20,490 bases of DNA. Source: Candidatus Moanibacter sp. (GTDB taxonomy: Bacteria; Verrucomicrobiota; Verrucomicrobiia; Opitutales; UBA2987). Below the pieces are notes generated by a model. The model saw nothing but the letters and a program-made list of their open reading frames with translations. It made no database searches and was not told where the DNA came from. The stretch covers positions 1-20,490 of the forward strand of contig CBDCEW010000006.1 in assembly GCA_965215885.1 (NCBI GenBank), read 5' to 3'. The position numbers and the translations under genes were made by a program. Below are positions 1-7,877 of this stretch, one piece after another (position 1 is the stretch's first letter; each line of letters starts with the position of its first letter).

Positions 1-48
1 CGAAACGGCGAGGCTTGCCCGCCGTTCTCCTCAACAGCTTGGTTCGGC
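1..48 (-). other. attC-like integron cassette recombination site (partial, runs off the left edge)
   Basis: On the minus strand GCCGAAC (R''-like, 48-42) lies 2 nt after the TAA at 53-51. A hairpin follows (AACGGCG 4-10 / CGCCGTT 20-26, GGC/GCC, one unpaired base). A matching GTTCGAC core lies upstream of the gene at 483-477. Confidence 0.6.
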
Positions 49-50
49 GT

Positions 51-460
51 TTAATCATCATAAATGCACTCAATCAATAGATTTTTTCAACCCAAACATC
101 AAGAAAATTGCCCCATTCCCGCAACGCACATGTTAGGTTTCTTTCTTTGCATATTATCTCCAAATTCTCTCTGCTATTTGGGACCAATAAATTGAAATGC
201 GTACCCACACCACTTACACCTTCTGGATTTTCGACAAACTCCGGATTGCCGGATTTGTTCGTAAGCTTCACCGACTTCGGATAAAACTCTATGAAGTCAC
301 CTCCTTTCCAATTCTCGTCATTTAAAAAACATACCCATGCCCCTTCGCACGGATGAAATGGTTTTGCAATTCCGTCAATCAACGCAGCGACATCCGACGC
401 CGCTTTCTCTGGGTCACTTGCGTAGACTGAAGCATGAATAATACGTACTTCTTTTTTCAC
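51..460 (-). CDS. VOC/glyoxalase-like hypothetical protein, cassette-borne; apparent frameshift near the 3' end (ORF as given ends at 74)
   Basis: GTG start with AGGGAAG upstream; low GC. Motifs IIHASV..DPEKAA, IEFYP, THFNLLVP, DVWVE. Adding one A to the A6 run (87-82) gives VEKNLLIECIYDD*, ending at 51 next to the attC-like site. Confidence 0.65.
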
Positions 461-476
461 AAATTTATCTTCCCTG

Positions 477-521
477 GTCGAACTTTCTTGTAGGCAGCGC
501 TTACGCAGCTGCCAGTTAGGT
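477..521 (-). other. Cassette 5' junction: attI-like or truncated attC site
   Basis: Minus strand ACCTAAC-TGGCAGC..GCTGCC-TACAAGAAA-GTTCGAC, ending in a GTT core 16 nt before the cassette gene start. Confidence 0.4.
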
Positions 522-846
522 ACGATAAAAATCGGACCAGATTTTGCAAGGAGGTTTATATCTCCTTAATCGAGAAGAAGAATTACCTGGCTCCTTCGAC
601 GGACTGCTCATTTTTAGAGATGCGCGTACGCTGCATAGTATGAAGCATTATTGGAGCATAAAATTATAATTAAGTGCGTCTGCGCATCTAATTATCCACC
701 TGTTAGGGGAGGCTGGTTCGTTCCGACCGGAAAACGAGGACCGGCAAAAAGGTCAGGAGTTAATCTTTGGCATTAGTTTCTCGTAGCATCGCAGGGCTAA
801 TCTCCTCTCTCCGGCAAACATGCTCGCGACGTTCCGGCTCCATTGA

Positions 847-1049
847 TTGCGAAGCCGTAACCAAAAAAGAAGAAGAGAACCGCAGATGCACGCAGATGAA
901 CGCGAATGCAGAAGGAAACTCCTACTTCCCTTGAGTACCCTTGCATGCCTCGGCAAAGCGAAACGGCGACGGGTCGACCGGAATCCTTTGAATACCAGCT
1001 TCTTATACTCCAAGACTTGCACAGAAAAAAATCTGAAGGACTGTATTAC
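847..1049 (+). mobile_element. Non-autonomous element family A, degenerate copy
   Basis: Collinear with 5176-5393: GCCGTAACCAAAAAAGAAGAAGAGAACC...GAAGGAAACTCCTACTTCCCTTG...TTGAATACCA...ACTTGC...GGACTGTATTAC. Confidence 0.6.
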
Positions 1050-1206
1050 AAAGAAAAGGGACCCATTCCACCCATTCGCCGTCTCCTTTTGCTCTTCCGC
1101 TCCCTTCCCTTCGTTGCCTCCTGTAAAATTGCATCTGGCATCGAGCCTCTGCCGTCCACCCTTTAGCAAATTTTCGTGTCTTTAGGGCAGGTTGGGGGGC
1201 ATCGTT

Positions 1207-1240
1207 CGAGAACGAGAACGAGAACGAGGACGAGGACGAT
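1207..1240 (+). repeat. Hexamer tandem array (CGAGAA/CGAGGA)n
   Basis: CGAGAACGAGAACGAGAACGAGGACGAGGACGAT; same family as 8721-8755 (inverted), 8849-8877, 11092-11121 and 12335-12367. Confidence 0.85.
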
Positions 1241-1606
1241 TTTGGACGAAGTGGTCTTCCTCTACCGATTCCCGATGCATCGCTCGTACGAAGTCAGTCA
1301 TAGGGTCAGTTTCTTTCGGTGTGACCCGATGGACGATCGTAAGTCCTACCGGGCATTGAGGTGAATTAATCACTTCGCAGTCGGACCCATGCCACCTCTC
1401 TAACGCGAAAATAGGAAGATGTCTCCAGCTACGACTTAGGAACGCGTATCATAACCAGATTTTTGGTTGCCTAGTTGCACACGACCATGCAAAGTCACTT
1501 CAGCGGGGAGGGGCATTGCCTGGTATTTGGCCGCAACGCTAATGTGTTCGGGTTTGTGCCGGCTGTGGGGTTGTGAGAAAAATCAAACCGAACGTTTAGG
1601 GAAAAG

Positions 1607-2257
1607 GTGCTGGACGGTAGCTTTATCTCGAGTTTCTATGTCGTCGCTTCGATCTTCGGGATCGGGGTGGTGATCATCGATGCGCTTGGCTTGCTGGGCG
1701 GCCACCATGATGACGGCGGACATGATGGCGGTGGACATGATGACGGCGGCGAGGCGGGTCACGCGCAAGCCCTTCAAGGCCATGGCGATCACGGGACGCT
1801 GACATTGGAAGCGCGCGGGGCAGCCGTGCTCTCGTTCCTCCGCTACATGCGCACCCTGGTTTACTTTTGCGCCGGTTTCGGCCCGATCGGGATTCTGGCG
1901 CTTGGGAGCGGCTACCACCCATGGATCAGTCTCGTCTGGTCGCTTCCCTGTGGCTTGGTTTCGGTTTGGATGGTGAGAAAAATGCTCAGATTCCAAAGCA
2001 AGGAAGTGGATTCGTCGCTGCGCCCGGAAGATTTGATCTTGAAGAAGGGCGAAGTCATTATTTCTCTGGAAAAGGATAGTATCGGCAAGGTGAGGATTCC
2101 AGTAGGGGCGGGCGCATCGGAACAATACGCCCTCCCCAGGCATGGCGACGAGCAGTTTGCCAAGGGGGACGAGGTTTATGTAGTCGAGGTTCGAGACGAT
2201 TGTGTGCTGGTGGAGAGCGAGGATCGCTACTTGACCAGCCGCCAGGAAGAAGGATAA
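1607..2257 (+). CDS. NfeD-like (YuaF/NfeD2-type) membrane protein with C-terminal OB-fold
   Basis: Three hydrophobic segments, a His/Asp/Gly-rich loop, C-terminal GEVIISL..IGKVRI..F.KGDEVYVVEV..VLVE; directly upstream of flotillin-like genes. Confidence 0.85.
   Translation: MLDGSFISSFYVVASIFGIGVVIIDALGLLGGHHDDGGHDGGGHDDGGEAGHAQALQGHGDHGTLTLEARGAAVLSFLRYMRTLVYFCAGFGPIGILALGSGYHPWISLVWSLPCGLVSVWMVRKMLRFQSKEVDSSLRPEDLILKKGEVIISLEKDSIGKVRIPVGAGASEQYALPRHGDEQFAKGDEVYVVEVRDDCVLVESEDRYLTSRQEEG
1706..1750 (+). repeat. 3 x 15-bp coding tandem repeat (HDDGG/HDGGG)
   Basis: CATGATGACGGCGGA CATGATGGCGGTGGA CATGATGACGGCGGC. Confidence 0.85.
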
Positions 2258-2280
2258 AATATTGGGAGGAGGAGTTTTCA

Positions 2281-3645
2281 ATGGGTATTCATGAATTAAT
2301 GACACCGGCAGCTATTAAAACGGGAGTGGGTTTGATAGTACTTTTCTTCGCTGTCGTGATAATGGCAAGAATGCTGATCCATATCTGCCCGGCCAACGGC
2401 ATTCTTGTCATCTCAGGCCGCGAGCGCACGGTGGACGGGAAGAAATACGGATTTCGCATCGTGAAGGGTGCATGGACGGTAGTCATCCCGTACCTCGAGC
2501 GGATTGAAGTCCTCGACCTGGGGATCATTCCTGTCAATGTGCGCGTAGAGGGGGTCAATTCCGCGAACGGAATTACCCTGGCGGCGGACGCCACCGCCTG
2601 CGTCTGTATCGACGACTCCGACCAGACGTTGCTCTACAATGCCGTGGAGCGTCTACTGGGCAAGTCCCAGCGCGAGATTCAGGAGCAGATGCATCTGACC
2701 ATGGTCGGTAATTTCCGGGGCGCCTTGAATGGCACCACGCCGTTGCAGGCCATCGGTATGGTTGATGAAGTCGAGGCGGAGAAAACGGAGACGGGTGTCT
2801 CGGTGGAGGAAACGGCAGAAGTGGAAGGCGATTTTCGCGATCTGCTGCTGAAAGATTGCATGGAAGATCTCTCTTCTTTCGGAATTAAGGTCGTTTCGGT
2901 TTCCCTGCAGCGCATAACGGACACCTCCCAATATATCGCCAATCTAGCGGACAAGACACTTTCCAGCAAGCGCCGCGAGGTCCAGATCGAGGAAGCGAAG
3001 TTAAGGGCTATGGCGGAACGGGCGGAATCGGACTCGGAACGCAGGGTTGATGTGTCGAAGAGCAACGCCGACCGCAAGATCCTGGAGGCTCGCCGCCAAT
3101 TGGAAATTCTCAAGCAGAAATGCGATGCCCAGATAAAACAGGCCAAACTGGTAGCGGACAGCACCATCAAAGGGGCCAGGAACGAGGCCGAGCGGAAAAT
3201 CCAGGAGATTACGGTCCAGCTTCAGGAATTGAAGAACCGCTCCAATGTGGTGTTGGAAAGCGAAGCCAATCGGCAGCGGGCGGAGATTCTGGCGGAAGGT
3301 GATGGGGAGGCTATCCGAGTGGTTCAAAGCACGAAAAATGCACTCTTGCAGCGTCGTGTAGGCATCTTGGCGGAGGCCGGGGACTACGGCAAAATCGCCT
3401 TGTTCATGGCGCAGTTGCCGCACCTCTTCACCGCTTTCGAAAAGCACGGGAGGCAGCTAAAGGTAGACAACCTTCTCGTCACCAATGAGGCCGATGGGTT
3501 CAATGAGGCGGTGAACCGGGGACCGCGAGCCCTGGTCGATTTTGTGGAGCGCTTCGAACAGGCATTCGGGGTAAGTATCAAATCGTACCTGACACCGAGT
3601 GCCGACAATGAGAGCGGCGCTGCTGCCGCAACCGTGAAAGGATAG
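2281..3645 (+). CDS. Flotillin-like SPFH/band 7 protein 1
   Basis: ATG at 2281 after GGAGGAGGAG. N-terminal TM helix, ICPANGILVISGR..GFRIVKG..VIPYLE, NAVERLLGK, DLSSFGIKVVS, then an A/E-rich coiled coil. Confidence 0.9.
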   Translation: MGIHELMTPAAIKTGVGLIVLFFAVVIMARMLIHICPANGILVISGRERTVDGKKYGFRIVKGAWTVVIPYLERIEVLDLGIIPVNVRVEGVNSANGITLAADATACVCIDDSDQTLLYNAVERLLGKSQREIQEQMHLTMVGNFRGALNGTTPLQAIGMVDEVEAEKTETGVSVEETAEVEGDFRDLLLKDCMEDLSSFGIKVVSVSLQRITDTSQYIANLADKTLSSKRREVQIEEAKLRAMAERAESDSERRVDVSKSNADRKILEARRQLEILKQKCDAQIKQAKLVADSTIKGARNEAERKIQEITVQLQELKNRSNVVLESEANRQRAEILAEGDGEAIRVVQSTKNALLQRRVGILAEAGDYGKIALFMAQLPHLFTAFEKHGRQLKVDNLLVTNEADGFNEAVNRGPRALVDFVERFEQAFGVSIKSYLTPSADNESGAAAATVKG

Positions 3646-3659
3646 AGGGAGGGCTTGTC

Positions 3660-4967
3660 ATGTTATTTGGAGCAATTGTAACACTATTAATTCTCAGTGG
3701 TCTGGTGGGGTTCCAGATCCTGCTGAGGATGAAGAACATACCGCCCAGCCAACTGGCCGTCGTTCACGGCCGGCGGGGTGAAGACCGGATCGGATTCAAG
3801 ACGCTCAAAGGAGGGAGGGTTTTTGTTCTGCCGCTGATCAACGACATCAGCATCATGGATCTCACCCCTAAGACGACGACGGTGGAAGTCGATTCCGCAA
3901 TCGCCAAAGGGATCGTGCCGCTGGTGGTCAAAGCCACCGTGAGTTTTGGCATATCCACGACATCGAAAGGAATAGTCAATGCCGTCCAACGCATCCTGGT
4001 GATGTCGTGGGATAATCTTATTGCGGTGGCCAATTCCATAATCGAGGGGCACTTACGCGATTCGCTTTCCCAGATGACTCCGGAGGAAGTGATGAGTCAC
4101 AAGGAGCGTTTGGTTAAGAGCATGTTGCAGGTGTGTCGGGGAGATTTGGAGGCTATCGGCTTGGAGATTACCACCATGAACATTGCCGATGTGGAGGATC
4201 ACCGATTTGACGGTGTCGAGGAGCCCGATCTCTATATTGCTCTGCTGAAGCGAGTACAGACGGCGAACGCCGAAACCCAATCGCGCACGGCGCAGGCCGA
4301 AGCGCTGGCGGCAGCTACAGAGGAGCAGGAAGCCAGGCGCACTGAAGTACAGGTGCGTGCGGCCGAAAACGAAATTGAGGAGCTCCAGGCGAGCACGGAT
4401 TTCAAGGCGGCGCAGGAGGAGCAACGATCCGCCGTCGGGGTGGAGGAAAACCAACGCCATGGGGAGGCTGAAGTGGCTGGTATTTTGCGGCAGATCGAAG
4501 CTGAAAAGCAGGGTATCGCCATGCTGGAGGCGAAATTCCGGGCGGAAATTGTGACTCCTGCCAAGGCGCAGAGAGAGCGCAAGATTCTGGTTGCGGAGGC
4601 CGAGGCAGCTTCCATTCGAGGATTGGGTGAAGCTGAACTGAAACAACTGGAAAACACCATTAATATCCTTAAAGGAGGTGGCGAAAATGGCATTAAGGCC
4701 TACGTTATTGAGAAATTTGATGAGATGATCTCGTCATTCGCCGCTACCATGGATCTATTTTCGACGGATCACGTAAGCGTGGTATCAGGTAACAGCAACA
4801 GCGGTCCGATAAGCGCGGTGCATCCAGGTGCGTTCGATCTCGAGCGCAATCGCTTGATCGGCGAGAGCCTGGGCGGGGCGCTAGAGGGGACCGGGTTTGG
4901 AGCGACTACGAGCACGGACGCCGGGAGTTCGGAAGCGCCGACTATAGCGAGGCCGCAACCAAAATGA
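3660..4967 (+). CDS. Flotillin-like SPFH/band 7 protein 2
   Basis: GGGAGG RBS; TM helix, GGRVFVLPLI, IEGHLR..MTPEEV, DLEAIGLEI..MNIADVED, AEA-rich coiled coil, IVTPAKA..AEAEA. Confidence 0.92.
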   Translation: MLFGAIVTLLILSGLVGFQILLRMKNIPPSQLAVVHGRRGEDRIGFKTLKGGRVFVLPLINDISIMDLTPKTTTVEVDSAIAKGIVPLVVKATVSFGISTTSKGIVNAVQRILVMSWDNLIAVANSIIEGHLRDSLSQMTPEEVMSHKERLVKSMLQVCRGDLEAIGLEITTMNIADVEDHRFDGVEEPDLYIALLKRVQTANAETQSRTAQAEALAAATEEQEARRTEVQVRAAENEIEELQASTDFKAAQEEQRSAVGVEENQRHGEAEVAGILRQIEAEKQGIAMLEAKFRAEIVTPAKAQRERKILVAEAEAASIRGLGEAELKQLENTINILKGGGENGIKAYVIEKFDEMISSFAATMDLFSTDHVSVVSGNSNSGPISAVHPGAFDLERNRLIGESLGGALEGTGFGATTSTDAGSSEAPTIARPQPK

Positions 4968-5036
4968 GGGAAAGAGACGAACCGCAGATGAATCCCGGCA
5001 AGCCGGGACGAATGAAGAGGAATTGACCACGGATTG

Positions 5037-5175
5037 GAGCCGTCTACTCCCGTTGAGCGGGATGCGCCGAGCCAGGGAAAACCGCGGATTGATTCAACGT
5101 GCAATTTCGGCTTGCCAAGAACAGGAAATATCTTTCGACGTGAAGTCGATCGGGATCAGCGTGACCGCGGATTAC
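5037..5175 (+). repeat. ~140-bp direct repeat, copy 1 (copy 2 at 7039-7177)
   Basis: GAGCCG.CTACTCCCG..GGGATGCGCCGAGCCAGGGAAAACCGCGGATTGATTCAACGTGCAATT...GATCAGCGTGACCGCGGATTAC, nearly identical in both places. Confidence 0.95.
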
Positions 5176-5391
5176 CTAGCGCAGCGTAGCCGCAACCAAT
5201 AAAGAAGAAGAGAACCGGTCTGCCGTACGGCAGACCACGCAAATGGACGCGAATGTAGAAGGAAACTCCTACTTCCCTTGGGTAACCTCGTCGCGAACCT
5301 TGTCCCAAACCTTGTCGACTGCAGTTTATTGAATACCAACCTTTTCTACGCAAAAACTTGCTAGAAAAACAAGGTTCTTCCGGATTGTAAT
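5176..5391 (+). mobile_element. Non-autonomous element family A (216 bp, no terminal inverted repeats)
   Basis: Present here and absent from the paralogous site GGATTAC|ACGGAT at 7171-7183. Ends are CTAGCGCAGCGTAGCCGCAACC and CGGATTGTAAT(AC). Confidence 0.75.
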
Positions 5392-5426
5392 ACGGATGGC
5401 GCTGCCCGCCATGAGCCCGTCGAATG

Positions 5427-5715
5427 GGATAGAGAGAGGTCATAGATACTTCAGTCTCAGGATGGTGAACAGGGAGTCGAACCCGCTGAGCAGGACCAAC
5501 TCGCTTATGCGAGTAGGGAAACGCAAAGAAGAGCATTCCCAAGAGTGCAACCGCAGTACGCGCCTATTAATAGCGCTTTTGGGAATGCTCTTCTTTGCGT
5601 TTCCGGCTCTGCCCTACAGCAGTGAGGTCCTGCTCAGCGGAATCGACTCCTACCTTGGCCCATAGTATTGGCTTTTTCCTGCTTGACCAATAGGCGTAGT
5701 CGAAGGGCTTTCCTT
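5427..5715. repeat. Long nested-hairpin element, copy 1 (candidate structured ncRNA or ssDNA element)
   Basis: Outer IR 5473-5497 / 5626-5650, small hairpin ACTCGC-TTAT-GCGAGT, perfect 26-bp inner IR 5517-5542 / 5579-5604; duplicated at 7189-7476. Confidence 0.85.
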
Positions 5716-5836
5716 ATTGAAATTTTGATCTCTGATCCATTTAGATTTTTCTGGTAGGACTTTCTTTTCGATGGAACAGAAGTATATTTTTTGAAAATTA
5801 AGGAGTAAATATTGCTAGATTAATGGAGAAGAGCCA

Positions 5837-5899
5837 ATGAAAGCAGTAAAAGTAACGTACACAGTGAAACCGGAATACGTGGATCAAAACAAAGCCAAT
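5837..5899 (+). pseudogene. 5' fragment (21 codons) of a paralog of the 7878-8183 gene
   Basis: Same GGAGAA RBS and MKAVKVTYTVKPEYVDQNKAN; similarity ends abruptly at 5899. Confidence 0.9.
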
Positions 5900-5920
5900 C
5901 CCGCCCCATCCCTTTGGGAC

Positions 5921-6030
5921 CGGGCGATTTTGGCGCTGGGCAGCGTTGGTCGAGTCGCCCAAGGCCGACAGGCCTGGCACGACTCGACCGCCTCCCCCGA
6001 CCGCCTCCCCCAGCATCCAAAATCGCCTCG
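5921..6030. repeat. ~110-bp palindromic element
   Basis: GGCGATTTTGG (5923) / CCAAAATCGCC (6017), GCTGGG/CCCAGC, GGTCGAGTCG/CGACTCGACC, AGGCC-GACA-GGCCT. Confidence 0.75.
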
Positions 6031-6062
6031 GCATACATCATCGTAATTACGAACTCGAGTAC

Positions 6063-6635
6063 TTAGTGTCGGCGGGGGAACAAAAACCCGAAGCCGCTGC
6101 CGCATAGTCCGCCGATGATATGGGCGAACTGGGAAATGTTGTCTTCTCGAAAGGCGTTGCCGATCTCATTACCAAGGTAGAGGATCAGAACGAGAATAAA
6201 AGTCAGCGGAACCACACCGCTTCGGACGTTTGTAATCGAACCGAGAAGAATCAGCATGAAGACGATCCCGCTGGCTCCCAGAATGCCGGCAGAAAAGAGG
6301 ATGGCGTTGAGCAAACCAGTGACAAAAGCGGTGATGAGACTCATTACCAGAAGCGGGACACTTCCGTATTTCTCTTCGAGAACAGGACCGATGAGGAGAA
6401 TGATGGAAAGGTTCGTAAACAGGTGTCGCCCGTCGGCGTGACCCGCTACATGGAGGAAGAGCCGGAGAAGTGAAACCGGCTGTATCAGCGAGAGCTCCGG
6501 ACTGGCCGAAAACAGGTGGGCCGTCAGCCACCCACTCGTGGCAAGATCGAAGCCGTAGATCAGGCAGCAGATGAGGGTAAAGGTGAGCACAAACGGGGCA
6601 TTGTATTCGACGCGCATCCTTTGGGTAATGGGCAT
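6063..6635 (-). CDS. Rhomboid family intramembrane serine protease
   Basis: Multi-TM protein with H..GHA..RHLFTN, GPVLEEKYG, catalytic GASG and AHIIG. ATG at 6635 chosen; TTG at 6638 is possible. Confidence 0.93.
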   Translation of the reverse strand: MPITQRMRVEYNAPFVLTFTLICCLIYGFDLATSGWLTAHLFSASPELSLIQPVSLLRLFLHVAGHADGRHLFTNLSIILLIGPVLEEKYGSVPLLVMSLITAFVTGLLNAILFSAGILGASGIVFMLILLGSITNVRSGVVPLTFILVLILYLGNEIGNAFREDNISQFAHIIGGLCGSGFGFLFPRRH

Positions 6636-6769
6636 CAAACGGCGATAAATTTCCTGGTGTGGACTTCTTCTCGTATTCGACTTGAGAAGGACCTCGGGCT
6701 AAGGACCGAATTCTGGAAGGCGAGTTTGTCACACTGAGGCAGGCGCGACAATCCAAAATCGCGGATTTC

Positions 6770-7177
6770 CTAGCGCAGCGAGGCCGCAACCAAAATGAGG
6801 GAAAGAGACGAACCACAGATGAACGCAAATGGACCCGTCTCCGTCCTCCGGGCTTCGCCGTGGCATGCGCGAATGAAGAGGAATTGACCACGGATTACAC
6901 GGATGGGCACGGATGGGAAAGAGTGAAAGTGGAAAGTGAGAGTGACAGGTAGTCCCGGCGGGCCGGGAAATGAAGGGCAACGAATAAAGAGGAAGGCACC
7001 ACGGATTCGACGGGCTCATCCCGGCAAGCCGGGAATTCGAGCCGCCTACTCCCGCTCAGCGGGATGCGCCGAGCCAGGGAAAACCGCGGATTGATTCAAC
7101 GTGCAATTCCGGCTTGCCAAGAACAGGAAATATCTTTCGACCTGAAGTCGATCGGGATCAGCGTGACCGCGGATTAC
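6770..7177 (+). repeat. Repeat mosaic: family A left end, CCACGGAT/CACGGATG arrays, micro-palindromes and copy 2 of the 140-bp repeat
   Basis: CTAGCGCAGCGAGGCCGCAACCAAAATGAGGGAAAGAGACGAACC, shared with 4947-4984 from GCGAGGCC onward; 7039-7177 matches 5037-5175. Confidence 0.85.
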
Positions 7178-7188
7178 ACGGATGGCGC

Positions 7189-7476
7189 GGATAGAGAGAG
7201 GTCATAGATACTGCAGTGGCAGGAAGAAGAACAGGGAGTCGAACCCGCTGAGCAGGACCAACTCGCTTATGCGAGTAGAGAAACGCAAAGAAGAGCATTC
7301 CCAAAAGCGCTATTCGTGGGACAGTAGTGCGGTCGCGCTCTTGGGAATGCTCTTCTTTGCGTTTCCGGCTCTGCCCTACAGCAGTGAGGTCCTGCTCAGC
7401 GGAATCAACTCCTACCTTGGCCCATGGTATTGGCTTTTTCCTGCCTGACCAATAAGCGTAGTCGAAGGGTTTTCCT
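7189..7476. repeat. Long nested-hairpin element, copy 2
   Basis: Outer IR 7235-7259 / 7388-7412, 25-bp inner IR 7280-7304 / 7341-7365, extra basal stem GGCAGGAAGAAG / CTTTTTCCTGCC. Confidence 0.85.
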
Positions 7477-7877
7477 ACCTTTCTCTGGGTTGCCACGCCC
7501 AGCTTCGCTGGTCTCGCAATGACAGAGTAGTAGAGTACATTGTAGGTTGATTGACAGCTCGATTCTTATAATTCCGGCAATCGAGGTTGATCATTCCCAG
7601 TCCCGGCTTTCTGGGACAAGGTTTCGAAAAATCATCTCGTAGGTCGACAGCCGGTCCTGTAAGGTAAAGAGCCGTAGATTCCAAGTAGTCCCGGCGAGCC
7701 GGGACGGGGAGTAGCCAAGTTACTCACATTGGGGCCTCGCCGAGCTTGCCAAGAACTCGACTCGGCCCAATTGATGAATAACTTGAAATACTTATAAGAC
7801 TTTTTAAGGCTGTCGTTCAATAATAGCATCATTCATCAACTGACAGATACCAGAGAATAGTAAGTGGAGAAAAGCCA

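Noticed and set aside
540..645. intI remnant (LIEKKNYLAPST)
   Set aside because: Too short, with no catalytic motifs.
692..700. DnaA box TTATCCACC
   Set aside because: Single mismatched box with no origin context.
753..1373. ORFs 753-1169, 847-1185, 906-1166, 1176-1364, 1182-1373
   Set aside because: They are translations of repeat modules. A faint GxxExxY-like end (ESFEYQLLIL) is too weak to call.
2200..2280. Longer starts in the ORF track (2200; also 13741, 18089, 19933)
   Set aside because: Better ATG or RBS downstream at 2281, 13795 and 18209; the 19933 start lies inside the nested IS end.
5427..5715. Firm retron call
   Set aside because: The layout is only reminiscent and there is no reverse transcriptase in the window; kept as a hypothesis.
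5837..6046. 69-aa ORF as an intact gene
   Set aside because: Only 21 codons are homologous to the 7878 gene; the rest reads through a palindrome.
5156..7496. ORFs 5156-5542, 5396-5665, 7158-7496, 7182-7448 as genes
   Set aside because: They arise from the palindromic element, giving the same peptide on both strands; starts and frames are not conserved.
7475..7832. Tyrosine recombinase fragment (LESTALYL)
   Set aside because: No H-x-x-R or LGH motif in frame; region interrupted by palindromes.
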